This document shows positions 11,209 to 22,670 of a stretch of DNA of 64,000 bases, in pieces; position 1 is the stretch's first letter; the number at the start of each line of letters is the position of its first letter. The notes beneath the pieces are model-generated. The model worked only from the letters and a program-made list of their open reading frames with translations. It did no database searches and had not been told where the DNA came from. Position numbers and translations under genes: made by a program. Source of the stretch: Gammaproteobacteria bacterium (GTDB taxonomy: Bacteria > Pseudomonadota > Gammaproteobacteria > Eutrophobiales > Eutrophobiaceae); assembly GCA_965222155.1 (NCBI GenBank), contig CBDCTH010000012.1, positions 2,656,001 to 2,720,000 of the forward strand, given 5' to 3'.

Positions 11209-13473
11209 ATGACTGACAAAAATGATTATGTGCTGGGTCCCGCCGTTGCCGACTGGGATACATTGAAACAGCCGCTCTCCGTGGACCCCATTACCTTCGA
11301 GATCATCCGGCACAAGCTGGCGGCAATCAATGAAGAACAGGCCCTGGCTTTGAAAGCCGTATCGGTCTCCCCTATCGTGGCCGGCGCAGGCGATTTTAAC
11401 AATGCGTTGTTCACGGCTGACGGCAGGCTGGCGTCAATGGGTCCCCAGGTGGTGTTTCATTCCGGGGCCATGCCCATCATCCTCCGCCACGTGATGGAGG
11501 ATTTTGCCGATGAAGAATTTGCCGACGGGGATATGTATATCGTCAATGATCCCTACAAGGGCGCCGTGCATCATCCCGACGTGACTATCATGGCGCCCCT
11601 GTTCTTCGCGGAGCAACTGGTTGCCTGGGCTGGTGTGACCGCGCACCAGGTGGATATGGGCGGCATGGCCGTCGGTTCCGTCTCGGTCAGAGCCACGGAA
11701 AAACAGCAGGAAGGCCTGATGATGCCGCCGATGCGTATCGTCGAAAAGGGTAAACTGCGTAAGGACGTCTGGCGCATGATTATGAACATGACCCGCCAAC
11801 CGCAAATGGTCGGCCTGGACCTCAGCGGGTTTATTGCCTCCAACGTAGTGGCCCGCGAGCGCCTGACCGAACTCATGCAGCAGTACGGCGCGGATACCAT
11901 TTTGACCGTGATGGAAGAGTTGATCCGTTATTCGGAAAGAAAAACCCGGGAACACCTGCAAACCTTGCCCGATGGTGAGGTCAGGACGTGCGGCTACCTG
12001 GACCATGACGGCAGGGAGAACAAGGTTTACCGCACCGACGTAAGGATTATCAAGGAGGGCGACCGATTGACCATAGACATGTCCGACTCATCGCCGCAGG
12101 CATCCGGTTATATCAACTGCACGGAGGGTTGCCTGGTAGGCGCCATCTTTGGCGGTGTGGCACCCCTGCTGGGATCGGGCATACCCTGGAACCAGGGAAT
12201 ATTGAACAGTATCGAGGTGATTGCGCCCAAGGGCCTGATCTGTAACGCCAGCGCGCCGGCGGCTACCGGCGCCGCAACTATCGGCCAGGGTTGGGTGATC
12301 ACGCTGACAACCGCCCATGCCATATCGAAGTTGCTGGCGCTTTCGGAGGAGAGCCGGAAACATTCTCAGGGCGTGACCCACGGCACCATGGCGGCGCTGT
12401 TTACCGGCGATACTAACCAGCACGGCGAACCCTTCGGCAACCAGTTGATCGACGCGCAAATAGGCGGTGGCGGCGCCAATCCGTTCGCGGACGGCCTGGA
12501 CCAGACCGGCTGCTTCGTCTCGCCCAGACCCCACATTCCCAATATTGAATACAATGAAATTCACAGCCCCATGCTGTTTCTTTACCGTTCATTCTTCCCG
12601 GACACGGGAGGGGACGGTGAACAGCGCGGCGGCCGTGCGGCGGGGACAGCCTGGACCCCCCACGGTGTGGAACGGCTGCGCTGTTCCCTGACGTCCCATG
12701 GTGTTGAAGTGCCTATCTCCTACGGCCAGTTCGGCGCTTTCCCCGGGGTGTGCAGCAATGCCATGATCATTCATGAGTCGGACGTCAGGAGCAAATATGC
12801 GCAGGGCGAACTGCCCTTGATACTGGAAGACGTGCGTGAGCCCATGGACCTGGATGAGCTGGGGGGGCAGCCGCAGGTACTCGCGGCCAAACAGGATGAA
12901 CTGCCCTTGTTTCCGGGCGACATTGTGCAATATACCTGGCAAGGCGGTGGTGGTTACGGCGACCCGTTACAGCGCGCGCCGGAGGCGGTGGCGGCCGACG
13001 TGACGGCAGGATACATCTCGGCACGGCGGGCGCTGGACGTTTATGGCGTTGTCTCAGGCGAAGATCCGGAAAAAACGGAGCAGCGTCGCGAAAACATGCG
13101 CAGGCAGCGACTGGCAAACGCCGAACCACCCTCACCGGAAGCGGTTGGCGGTCGTGAAACAGCTACGGCGCTTTCCCGTTTCGGCGCCGGCCTGGTCCTG
13201 GCGCACACGGAAAAAGAAGAACTGCAATTCGAATGCGAATGCGGTCACGTATTCTGTAGCGCCAGTGATAACTGGAAAGACCATGCTGCCTGCCACAGCC
13301 TGGAAGAAGACGAACTGCCGCCGGGGATAAAACTGCACGAGACTATGGAACTGGTCGGGTATTTATGTCCTGCCTGTGGCCGCCGGCATTCACTGGACGT
13401 AAAAGAGCGCGGTGTTGCACCGTTGCACGACCTGAAGATCACCCGCTGGGTGAAACCGAATAAACATGCTTAA
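11209..13473 (+). CDS. Hydantoinase B/oxoprolinase subunit fused to acetone carboxylase gamma-like Zn domain
   Basis: DPITFEII, NDPYKGAVHHPD, HQVDMGG and GGGGYGDP motifs; C-terminal CECGH...CPACG; RBS GGAG before ATG 11209. Confidence 0.85.
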   Translation: MTDKNDYVLGPAVADWDTLKQPLSVDPITFEIIRHKLAAINEEQALALKAVSVSPIVAGAGDFNNALFTADGRLASMGPQVVFHSGAMPIILRHVMEDFADEEFADGDMYIVNDPYKGAVHHPDVTIMAPLFFAEQLVAWAGVTAHQVDMGGMAVGSVSVRATEKQQEGLMMPPMRIVEKGKLRKDVWRMIMNMTRQPQMVGLDLSGFIASNVVARERLTELMQQYGADTILTVMEELIRYSERKTREHLQTLPDGEVRTCGYLDHDGRENKVYRTDVRIIKEGDRLTIDMSDSSPQASGYINCTEGCLVGAIFGGVAPLLGSGIPWNQGILNSIEVIAPKGLICNASAPAATGAATIGQGWVITLTTAHAISKLLALSEESRKHSQGVTHGTMAALFTGDTNQHGEPFGNQLIDAQIGGGGANPFADGLDQTGCFVSPRPHIPNIEYNEIHSPMLFLYRSFFPDTGGDGEQRGGRAAGTAWTPHGVERLRCSLTSHGVEVPISYGQFGAFPGVCSNAMIIHESDVRSKYAQGELPLILEDVREPMDLDELGGQPQVLAAKQDELPLFPGDIVQYTWQGGGGYGDPLQRAPEAVAADVTAGYISARRALDVYGVVSGEDPEKTEQRRENMRRQRLANAEPPSPEAVGGRETATALSRFGAGLVLAHTEKEELQFECECGHVFCSASDNWKDHAACHSLEEDELPPGIKLHETMELVGYLCPACGRRHSLDVKERGVAPLHDLKITRWVKPNKHA

Positions 13474-13607
13474 TATGTCTTCTTCCCAGTATTCCGTGAG
13501 CAAGAGCCTGTCCGTGGCAGCAGCCTTGATTTTCAACACAGATGTCGTGTGCCTCCTCCAGTCATTCCTGCGGAAGCAGGAATCCAGTAGATAATTACTC
13601 CTTATAT

Positions 13608-14867
13608 ATGCGATCTCAACCACAGTTTAAATTTTTCTTCGGCTCCAGCATTGCGCTGGCCTGTTTCGTCGGCATGACGGGTAACACCGGAGTGATCCTG
13701 TTTGCCGCAACAAGTGTGCTGATCAAACCCCTGGCCCAGGAGTTCGGCTGGGGGCGGGGTGACATATCCCTGGCCCTGACCTATCTCACCGTGGGCATTG
13801 CCCTGGGGGTGCTGGTGACCGGCAGGTTAATAGACCGGTACGGCGCCCGGCGGGTGGTTTGCACAGCGATCGCCTTATCCATCCTGGTCATCCTGACAGG
13901 ACCGTTGTACGTCACGACCCTGCCCCTGTTTTACACCATGATGCTGCTCGCTGCGGTGGTTGGAGCGCCGACAAATACAATCGGCTATGCGCGCGTTATT
14001 TCCAACTGGTTCGATAAACGCCGGGGACTGTTCATCGGCATCAATTCAGCCGGGATCGGGCTGGGTTTTGCCCTGGCACCCCAGATTTGCAGCTGGGCCG
14101 CGGGTATCGGCGGGTGGCGCGCGGGTTATTTCAGTCTGGGCCTGTTCCTGCTGTTTATTGTACTGCCTACGGTTTATTTATTCCTTATTGATAAACCCGA
14201 AGACGTGGGTTTGTTGCCGGACGGCGTCCAAAAAAACGCAACAGGTGACCAGGCGACTGCAGATACGAGTGGTCACTTGTCGCTGGGTGAGGCGTTGAGG
14301 ACCCACGTGTTCTGGATCATGCTCATTATCATTACCTGTATCGCTTTTTCGCTGAACGGCATCTTCAGCCAGTTGGCGCCCATGCTGACCGACCGGGGCA
14401 TCGACATGACCACGGCTGCCCTGGTCGTTTCAACCATGGGTATCAGCATGGCCGTCGCGCGTATCGTCGTTGGTTATGTTATCGACAAACTGTTCGCTCC
14501 CAGGGTGGCCCTCGTCGTCTTCCTTTCGGTATTAGCAGGTGTCGGGTTGTTGATCTACGGGCAACACCTGACCCTTTATTTTATTGCCGCAATCCTGATG
14601 GGAATCGGTATTGGAACGGAGTCCGACCTCATGGTATTCCTGACCAGCCGGTATTATGGGATGCGCCACTTCGGGACGATCTTTTCCTGGGTCTTTATCG
14701 CCCACATGACCGGCACCAGCCTGGGACCTTATATCATGGGCAGATCCTTTGATATCCACGGCAACTATATTCCCATACTCCAGGTATGCCTCGCCCTGCT
14801 GGCACTGTCTACCTTACTGTTCGCGTTTTTGGGGAGATATGATCAATTCACAAGCAAGAAAAGGTAG
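13608..14867 (+). CDS. MFS transporter (OFA/MCT-like)
   Basis: About 12 hydrophobic segments, GRLIDRYGARR, WFDKRRG; start moved downstream of the palindromic repeat. Confidence 0.9.
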   Translation: MRSQPQFKFFFGSSIALACFVGMTGNTGVILFAATSVLIKPLAQEFGWGRGDISLALTYLTVGIALGVLVTGRLIDRYGARRVVCTAIALSILVILTGPLYVTTLPLFYTMMLLAAVVGAPTNTIGYARVISNWFDKRRGLFIGINSAGIGLGFALAPQICSWAAGIGGWRAGYFSLGLFLLFIVLPTVYLFLIDKPEDVGLLPDGVQKNATGDQATADTSGHLSLGEALRTHVFWIMLIIITCIAFSLNGIFSQLAPMLTDRGIDMTTAALVVSTMGISMAVARIVVGYVIDKLFAPRVALVVFLSVLAGVGLLIYGQHLTLYFIAAILMGIGIGTESDLMVFLTSRYYGMRHFGTIFSWVFIAHMTGTSLGPYIMGRSFDIHGNYIPILQVCLALLALSTLLFAFLGRYDQFTSKKR

Positions 14868-14994
14868 GCGGTATTCCGGCAAATGCCAAATTGACGTCAT
14901 TCTGGCGCATGCCAGAATCCAGTCAAAAAATAATTCCTTATTGATCTGGTATCTTCGACCGACACAACACCGGATACAAGTGGTTATCGAGAAG

Positions 14995-16095
14995 TTACAT
15001 TCTTTCGCGTAACCCTTTTTCCTCCAGCCTGGGCAACACCTCGTCGCGAAAATAGGGAAATTCTCCGACAAAATCCACAAATGACAAGGTAGCGCCGGCA
15101 CAACCGATCTCATACAGTTTTTCCAGTTCGGTTATGACCTTGTCCGGTGTCCCGACCAGCGGCATCCCGCCGTGGCCACCGGCCATCCTGTCCCGTAACA
15201 TCTTGATCACTTCCTTGGGAAAGGATTCTGCGTTGGCGAACATCAGTTCGATGACGCGGTCCACCGCGCTCCAATCGGCATTTTCACGGGCGTAATAGTC
15301 ATGGAACTCATCCGCCTCTTTTTGCGTGGGCCGGCAGACAACGTAAGTCAGGGCAAATACACCGACCTCACGGCCAACAGCCCCGGCTTGCTGTTTCAGT
15401 TCATGGATGTCTTTTCTCGATTTTTCATGTTCTATAACCGGCGTGAACAGGTAGTTCGCGTTTCGGGTAGCAAACGCCTTGCCTTCTTTGGAACCACCGG
15501 CATTAAAGATGGGGATAGTGCCGTTGACCGGTTTAGGGAAACTGTGTACGCCCTTGAGCTGGTAGAACTCGCCGTCCCAGTTAAAATCCCCCTCACCGTC
15601 TGACCAGCATTTTTTCACGATATCGAACCACTCCTGGCCCAGGCGGTAGCGTGTCTCGTGATCATCGGGCAGCTTAAATCCCAGTGCTTCATATTCCGGT
15701 TTGTTCCAGCCGCAGACGATATTGACACCGGCGCGGCCGTGGCCGATCTGGTCCAGCGTAGCCAGTTGTTTCGCGGCGATTACGGGGTTATGAAACCCGG
15801 TATGTGTCGTCGCAAAGATCGTGATATTTTTAGTTAAGGCAAGCAGGCCCGCCGCCCAGGTCAGGGTTTCCAGCACGTTATGCTGAAAATTGGTAGCGCC
15901 GCCGTAACCGATCCAGCGGGCGATGGGCAACTGGAATTCCAGCCCGGCCGCGTCACACAGTTGCGCCTGTTTCAGGTTGTTATCCCACGAACTGTCCCAG
16001 CGTTCCTCTATCTGCGTCATGGCCTGCCCGCTGGAGCAGTTTGCGGAGAAAATCCCCAGTTTCAACTTGTTTTTGCTGTCAAGTAGAGCAGACAT
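14995..16095 (-). CDS. LLM-class flavin-dependent monooxygenase
   Basis: PIARWIGYGG, ATLDQIGHGRAGVNIVCGW, NAGGS, LVGTPD. Confidence 0.9.
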   Translation of the reverse strand: MSALLDSKNKLKLGIFSANCSSGQAMTQIEERWDSSWDNNLKQAQLCDAAGLEFQLPIARWIGYGGATNFQHNVLETLTWAAGLLALTKNITIFATTHTGFHNPVIAAKQLATLDQIGHGRAGVNIVCGWNKPEYEALGFKLPDDHETRYRLGQEWFDIVKKCWSDGEGDFNWDGEFYQLKGVHSFPKPVNGTIPIFNAGGSKEGKAFATRNANYLFTPVIEHEKSRKDIHELKQQAGAVGREVGVFALTYVVCRPTQKEADEFHDYYARENADWSAVDRVIELMFANAESFPKEVIKMLRDRMAGGHGGMPLVGTPDKVITELEKLYEIGCAGATLSFVDFVGEFPYFRDEVLPRLEEKGLRERM

Positions 16096-16327
16096 AAAAT
16101 CACGCTTTGGCTAGCAATTCATTAATTTGACATTGTCGGATAGCCGCCATTCCCGCGCAAGCGGGAATCCAGTAAACAAACTTTCATTATAATGTGGAGT
16201 TGTACCGCCTTGTTATACAATACTGTCAGTTATCACCCCTGATCAATGTGAACTGCACCTCACTTTCAGTCGTTGTGTGTTCAGTCGTTGTGTTGACTAT
16301 CATATCAGCCACGCCATAATACTTGGC

Positions 16328-17950
16328 ATGGATAAACACTCCGTCACAAAGACCGTAGATAACGGCGCTACTACAGGCTATGAGACTGACCTGTGGCGTA
16401 TGGCCGATACCTTGCGCGGCAGTATGGACGCGGCTGAGTACAAACACGTCGTCCTTGGCCTCATCTTCCTGAAGTACATTTCCGATGCCTTCGAGGAAAT
16501 ACACACTCGTCTCGAAGGTGAAAAGGCGCAGGGCGCCGACCCCGAGGACCCGGACGAATACCGTGCGGATAACGTCTTCTGGGTGCCCCAACATGCCCGT
16601 TAGACGCATCTCAAGGATCAGGCGCGGCAGCCTGCTATAGGCCAGTCCGTCGATGAAGCTATGGCTTTGATCGAGCGCGATAACCCGGCGCTCAAGGATG
16701 TACTGCCCAAGGACTATGCTCGTCCCGCACTCGACAAGCAACGGCTTGGCCAGCTCATCGACATGATCAGCAACATCAGGGTCGGCGACGAAGATGCCCG
16801 TTCCAGGGACGTACTCGGCCGCGTCTACGAATACTTCCTGTCACAGTTTGCCAATGCAGAGGGCAAGAAAGGCGGCGAATTCTACACCCCGCGCTGCGTG
16901 GTCAAGCTCCTGGTCGAAATGCTGGAACCTTATAACGGCCGCGTCTACGATCCCTGCTGCGGCTCATCAGGAATGTTTGTGCAATCGGTGGAGTTCATCC
17001 GCGCCCATCAAACAGGTAATGGCAATGCCCGCCCCGGCCTCCAGTCTGGTGGTAGAAAAGTTCCGACGGGCATCAAAGCCGATATTTCAATCTACGGCCA
17101 GGAGTCGAACTACACGACCTGGCGGTTGGCAAAAATGAACCTTGCCATCCGCGGCATTGAGGGGCAGATCGCTCACGGCGACAGTTTTCACAATGATCGT
17201 CATCCCGACCTGAAGGCAGATTTCATCTTGGCCAATCCGCCATTCAATGTCTCTGACTGGGGTGGTGAACGTCTCACTGAAGACCAGCGCTGGCAATACG
17301 GCGTTCCTCCCAAGGGTAACGCCAACTTTGCCTGGGTGCAGCACATTGTCCATCATCTGGCGCCTGACGGCAGCGCGGGTTTCGTACTTGCCAACGGTTC
17401 GATGTCGTCTAACCAGTCGAATGAAGGCACCATCCGTCAGAACTTGATCGAATCAGACCTGGTGGACTGCATGGTGGCAATGCCGGGACAGTTGTTCTAC
17501 TCAACCCAGATACCAGTGTGCCTGTGGTTTCTTGCCCGCAACCGCAAAGATGGCAAGTTCCGTGACCGGCGTGGTGAGATACTTTTCATCGACGCCCGTA
17601 AGCTGGGACGTATGGTTGACCGCACTCACCGCGAGTTTACCGATGAAGACATAGGCCGCATTGCCGACACTTACCACACCTGGCGCGGCGAGGAAGATGC
17701 AGGCGAATATGTCGACGTCCCCGGCTTCTGCAAAAGTGCTTCTCCTGATGAGATACGCAAGTATGGCCATGCATTGACTCCAGGCCGCTACGTGGGCGCA
17801 GAACCACAGGAGGATGACGGCGAACCGTTCGAGGACAAGATGAAGCGACTCGTTGCACAATTGTACGAGCAGCAGGCCGAAGGCGCGCGGCTGGACGCCG
17901 CCATCATCGAGAACCTCAAGGCGCTGGGATTCGGGGAGCGGGGGTCATGA
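16328..17950 (+). pseudogene. hsdM: Type I R-M methyltransferase HsdM with one in-frame TAG (16601-16603)
   Basis: [25 protein letters not shown] and ANPPF motifs; ORFs 16277-16603 and 16661-17950 share one frame across the TAG (ARW expected). Confidence 0.9.
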
Positions 17951-18372
17951 CTATCGACACGTCCTTTCTGCGGCGCTGCATCCAGGCTTTGCAGCTTGCT
18001 TTGGGCGAGATTGGGAAACACAAGGAAGCGGATGATTTCCTCTACGATGTTTATCGCGCCGCCTGTGTCAAGGAGTTCGAACTGGTGCTGGAACAGAGTG
18101 GCAAGCTGGCGCGAAAACGTCTTGCGACGTTCTTCGCCAGCAACCGGCAGGCAGACCGTCTGGTTTTCAATGACCTGTTCCGACACGCCGCCAAACATGG
18201 ATTGATCGACCCGCAAGCGGTGGAACGCTGGCTTAGCTACCGCGACAACCGGAATGACACTGCGCACAACTATGGAGAGGATTTCGCTGAAGCTACGCTG
18301 AAACTGCTGCCGGCGTTCATTGCCGACGCCAAGGCGCTGGCCGACATGATCGATGCGGCAGACGATGACTGA
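17947..18372 (+). CDS. HEPN toxin / nucleotidyltransferase substrate-binding protein (HI0074-like)
   Basis: VKEFELVLE and RNDTAHNY (Rx4H HEPN motif). Confidence 0.85.
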   Translation: MTIDTSFLRRCIQALQLALGEIGKHKEADDFLYDVYRAACVKEFELVLEQSGKLARKRLATFFASNRQADRLVFNDLFRHAAKHGLIDPQAVERWLSYRDNRNDTAHNYGEDFAEATLKLLPAFIADAKALADMIDAADDD

Positions 18373-19987
18373 CAGGCTGCACCTGCTGCCCAGGCACCGT
18401 CGGCTGCTGGAGGCGCTGTTGCACAAGCATCTGCCCGAGGTCGAGGTCTGGGCCTACGGCAGCCGCGTGAACGGACGCAGCCATGACGGCAGTGATCTCG
18501 ATCTGGTACTGCGCGGGCCGGGCCTGAACAAGATTCCGATAGATTCCCTGGTCGATTTCGAGGAAGCGGTGCGGGAGTCGACTATCCCCTTTCTAGTTGA
18601 GGCAAGAGACTGGGCGCGTCTGCCGGAGCGGTTTCACCACGAGATCGAGCGGGACCACGTGGTGCTGAACGAAATCCTATATACTGGCGGTAAGTGGTCA
18701 GACATGTCCTTCACCGAAGCCGTTCAGGTCAATCCCGCAGTGCGCATTGAACGTGGAAAGACCTATCCGTATGTCGATATGGCAACTGTGAATGCTAGCT
18801 CTCGATGCGTATATGCACTGACAAAACGCAAATACTCTGGCGGTGGATCACGCTTTTGCTGCGGTGACACACTTATGGCTCGCATCACACCTTGCTTGGA
18901 GAATGGCAAGATCGCGCGCTATTGCTCAATGGACGAATTGGAAACCGCACATGGTTCGACCGAGTTCATCGTTATCAGAGGTCGTCCAGGCATCACTGAT
19001 ACCAACTTTGCCTATTACCTGACGCAGTGGGAAGAGGTGCGTAGCTACTCTGTTGGTCAAATGACGGGTACATCTGGTCGTCAGAGAGTACCAACAGAGT
19101 CTTTAAGACATCTTCAGGTTCCGATTCCTCCGCTCTTGGAACAACGCGCCATCGCCCACATTCTCGGCACACTAGACGACAAGATCGAGTTGAACCGGCG
19201 CATGAACGAGACGCTGGAGGCCGTGGCACGGGCATTGTTCAAATCCTGGTTCATCGATTTCGATCCCGTGCGCGCCAGGATGGAAGGCCGCGATACTGGC
19301 CTGCCCAAACACATAGCCGACCTGTTTCCTGATAGGCTCGTCGGCTCGGAACTCGGGGAGATACCGGAGGGGTGGGACGTCGAAACGATAGGTGATATCG
19401 CTACCATCGCGGGAGGGACAACGCCGAGCACCAAAGAACCCAAATATTGGGAAGGTGGTATTCATTGCTGGGTAACGCCGAAGGATCTTTCCGACCTGCG
19501 GGTACCTGTTCTTCTCGACACTGAACGTAAGATCAGCGATGCGGGCTTAGAACAGATAGGCTCTGGACTACTTCCTAAGGGTACTGTTCTCTTATCGTCT
19601 CGAGCACCTATCGGCTATCTCGCGATTGCCGAGATTTCTGTAGCAATAAACCAGGGGTTCATCGCGATTTTACCCTTCGAAAGCATCTCTAACCTGTTCC
19701 TCCTCTACTGGTGCAAGGCATCGCAAAATGAGATCGTCGCCCATGCCAATGGTTCAACTTTCCTGGAGATAAGCAAGAGCAACTTTCGGCGAATCTCCCT
19801 GGCGATGCCATGCACATCCATTATGGATGCCTTCGATGGCCTTGCTCGACCCCTTTACGAGACCATTGTCTCTAACGTGAAGGAGTCTCGCACCCTCACC
19901 GCATTACGGGACGTGCTGTTGCCGAAGCTACTCTCCGGTGAAATCCGTCTTGACGAGGCCGAACGAGCGGCAGAGGCCATGACATGA
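18365..19987 (+). CDS. hsdS: MNT (minimal nucleotidyltransferase) antitoxin fused to type I R-M specificity subunit
   Basis: N-terminal [17 protein letters not shown] (GSx10DxD), then two TRDs and conserved [10 protein letters not shown]...LDDKIELN and [13 protein letters not shown]; no stop between the domains. Confidence 0.9.
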   Translation: MTDRLHLLPRHRRLLEALLHKHLPEVEVWAYGSRVNGRSHDGSDLDLVLRGPGLNKIPIDSLVDFEEAVRESTIPFLVEARDWARLPERFHHEIERDHVVLNEILYTGGKWSDMSFTEAVQVNPAVRIERGKTYPYVDMATVNASSRCVYALTKRKYSGGGSRFCCGDTLMARITPCLENGKIARYCSMDELETAHGSTEFIVIRGRPGITDTNFAYYLTQWEEVRSYSVGQMTGTSGRQRVPTESLRHLQVPIPPLLEQRAIAHILGTLDDKIELNRRMNETLEAVARALFKSWFIDFDPVRARMEGRDTGLPKHIADLFPDRLVGSELGEIPEGWDVETIGDIATIAGGTTPSTKEPKYWEGGIHCWVTPKDLSDLRVPVLLDTERKISDAGLEQIGSGLLPKGTVLLSSRAPIGYLAIAEISVAINQGFIAILPFESISNLFLLYWCKASQNEIVAHANGSTFLEISKSNFRRISLAMPCTSIMDAFDGLARPLYETIVSNVKESRTLTALRDVLLPKLLSGEIRLDEAERAAEAMT

Positions 19988-21139
19988 TACGCGTCGCCGT
20001 CTCTCCTGAACTCCTCCGCTGGGCGCGTGAGCGATGCGGGCTGGCGCAGGAGGACCTTGCGACCAGGTTCAGGAAACTGCCGGAGTGGGAAGCAAGAGAG
20101 ATGCAGCCCACACTCAAGCAGGCCGAAGCATTTGCCCGCGCCGTTCATGTGCCTATTGGCTCTCTGTTTCTTACGGAACCGCCTGAGGAGTCTTTACCTA
20201 TACCTGATTTCCGAACGTTTGCCGGTCAGCCAATGTTGCGCCCTAGTCCGAACCTTTTGGATACTATCTATACCTGTCAGGGACGGCAGAGTTGGTATCG
20301 CAATTTCGCTCGCATCACTCAGACGCCGGAACTCGGATTCGTCGGCAGCGCCACAGTCAATATGTCTCCTGAAGAAGTGGCGGGTCGAATGCGGAGAACT
20401 CTCGGCTTTGACCTTGATGCTCGGCAGGATTGCCAGACATGGACGGATGCGCTCAGGTTGTTCATCCGTCAGGCCGACAAAATCGGTGTGCTTGTTATGG
20501 TTAGCGGAGTAATTATGAATAATACTCACCGCCGCCTTGATCCAACCGAATTTCGCGGTTTTGCGCTTTCCGACCCCGTAGCACCGTTGATCTTCATCAA
20601 TGGAGCGGATACGAAAGCGGCACAGCTATTCACGCTTGCCCATGAACTGGCGCATCTATGGCTTGGTGATTCGGCTTTATCTAACATTGAGGCAGCACCA
20701 CGACAAGGGTTTCGGCAGGAAGAGGTCTGGTGTAATGCCGTGGCTGCTGAATTGCTGGTACCCGTTGCCAGCCTGCGTACAGAGTTGCGTACTGGGGAGT
20801 TATTGTCCGATACGTTGCCGCCGCCTGGCGAGGAAGTTCAAAGTAAGCACTCTGGTCATCCTGCGGCGACTTCTTGATGCCGGCCAACTGGATCGATCTT
20901 CCTTCGAAGCAGCCTGGGACCAGGAGCGTAAACGTTTGAGAGAGATTGCTCAGAGAGGTAGTAGTGGTGGCGACTTTTACCGCACTACTATCGCCCGCGT
21001 AAGTCCCCGTTTTGCACATGCACTGATAATCAGCACACTGGAAGGTCAAACGCTTTATCGCGATGCTTTTCGGATGCTCGGTGTTTCCAAAACTGAAACC
21101 TTTAACAATCTCGGGCGTGAAGCTGGTGTTATAGGATGA
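19984..21139 (+). pseudogene. XRE-HTH + ImmA/IrrE Zn metallopeptidase, frameshifted near 20820
   Basis: FTLAHELAH; the C-terminal half (RRLARKFKVS...TLYRDAFRMLG) continues in another frame. Confidence 0.8.
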
Positions 21140-21445
21140 CCCTCTACCTCCTTGATGCAAACGTATTTATCCAAGCCAAGAACCTGCATTATGGTTTCGA
21201 TTTCTGTCCGGCATTCTGGGACTGGTTGATTCAGCAGAACCAGGTTGGCAGGGTTGCCAGTATTGAGAAGGTTGCAGACGAACTGCAGGCGGGTGGAGAT
21301 GAACTGGCGGAATGGGCCAGGTATCGTGGCGATAGCTTTTTTCTAAGACCAGACGACACCGTGGTGGGCGCATTTGATACTGTCAGCGACGATTGGGCGA
21401 ATAGATAAGGCTATGAACCCGGCGCTGTCGCTACATTTCTTTATG
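21136..21445 (+). pseudogene. DUF4411 PIN-like protein, nonsense TAA at 21406 and truncated
   Basis: YLLDANVFIQAKNLHYGFDFCPAFWDW; GYEPGAVATFL continues after the stop. Confidence 0.75.
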
Positions 21446-21634
21446 CTACGCCGGGAAGAGTCTGCCACAAGTGATCAGGGAGGACCTGCGGTAGCCTATA
21501 AGCCCTAGCATTTCGGGCTGATCAGCGGGAGCGGGTCAGAATAAGACCTTTCAAAAAAGCTATATCAATGTATTTTAAAAAACACTTTTTGATGTGTATT
21601 ATATATCGATATTCACATCAGAAACGAGGCGACT

Positions 21635-21883
21635 ATGGAGACTCTTCTTACCAACAAGACCATATCAGTAACCGAGTTACGTGAACCCAGGAAAGTTATC
21701 GACAAGGCGGGTTCTCAACCTGTGGCGGTTCTTAATCGTTCAAATGTAGTGGGATACTTTATCCCAGCAAGTGCTGTGGAAAAACTGGATTTCAGTGCAT
21801 GTGAATCTGATGAAGTGATGGCTGCCTTGGATACGCTCGACCATAAGGCGCTGGCGGTAAACGACTACCTCAAAGACAAGTAA
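21635..21883 (+). CDS. Phd/YefM-type antitoxin
   Basis: TISVTELREP..PVAVLNRS..GYF. Confidence 0.75.
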   Translation: METLLTNKTISVTELREPRKVIDKAGSQPVAVLNRSNVVGYFIPASAVEKLDFSACESDEVMAALDTLDHKALAVNDYLKDK

Positions 21884-21965
21884 TGCGCTATATCACGGCT
21901 GAGCAAGTCGTCACCATACACGAACGCGTGATACGGGTCACGAGCTATAGGGTGTAGCGAACAAC
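21883..21965 (+). pseudogene. Doc/Fic toxin N-terminal remnant
   Basis: MRYITAEQVVTIHERVI then frameshift and stop; coupled to the antitoxin stop codon. Confidence 0.55.
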
Positions 21966-21992
21966 CGGCGCGGGTAAGCCAGGGCAGCCCCG

Positions 21993-22298
21993 CTATATTA
22001 CGTCAGCATGGCCATGCAACGCGCGTAAGGCGTGGTCCGGATCTGCATGCAGAATTCTCAGCAGCGCCCGGGCCGGGCCGGCCGGCGTCCTGCGACCCTG
22101 TTCCCAGTTTTCCAGCGTGCGTTTGCTGACACCAATCAGTGCAGCAAAATGCTTCTGGCTCAGGCCGGTATTCTCGCGGATCTGTCTGACCTCAGGCTCA
22201 GTAAACCGGGTTACCCTGCCAGGTGCCAGCTCGCCCTGAATTATCTGGTCCATCTCATGCATGCTTTTGAGCAGCTCATTGAACAGTTCATTTTTCAT
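21993..22298 (-). CDS. HigA/NadS-type XRE antitoxin
   Basis: IRENTGLSQKHFAALIGVSKRTLENWEQGRR.P.GPA. Confidence 0.9.
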   Translation of the reverse strand: MKNELFNELLKSMHEMDQIIQGELAPGRVTRFTEPEVRQIRENTGLSQKHFAALIGVSKRTLENWEQGRRTPAGPARALLRILHADPDHALRALHGHADVI

Positions 22299-22614
22299 CT
22301 GACCACCTCTTTGCTATTAATTTCAGGGCTTTCTTTTGCTCTGACGTCAACTCTTTCTGCTGACTCTTCGGATAGATATACAGCATGAGAATCTGCTCAT
22401 CACCCATGAGCCCATAATAAATCACCCTGACACCCCCTCTCTTGCCCCGGCCTCTCCGCATCCAGCGGATTTTTCTCAATCCTCCGGTGCCTTGTATGAT
22501 ATCGCCCAGGTCCGGGCGATATACCAGGACCTCCTGCAGTTTCCTGTACTCATCATCATTCAACAGTTTTTTGACAAGCCTGGTGAAGGCAGGGGTCTCT
22601 ATAAATTCCAGCAT
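22288..22614 (-). CDS. RelE/HigB-type toxin
   Basis: FIETPAF...GDIIQGTGGLRKIRW...GKRGGVRVIYY. Confidence 0.9.
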   Translation of the reverse strand: MLEFIETPAFTRLVKKLLNDDEYRKLQEVLVYRPDLGDIIQGTGGLRKIRWMRRGRGKRGGVRVIYYGLMGDEQILMLYIYPKSQQKELTSEQKKALKLIAKRWSDEK

Positions 22615-22670
22615 CACACTCAGCATAATACGCCTTAGGCGTACTTCTGTCAAGAGACAGAGACAGAGCC

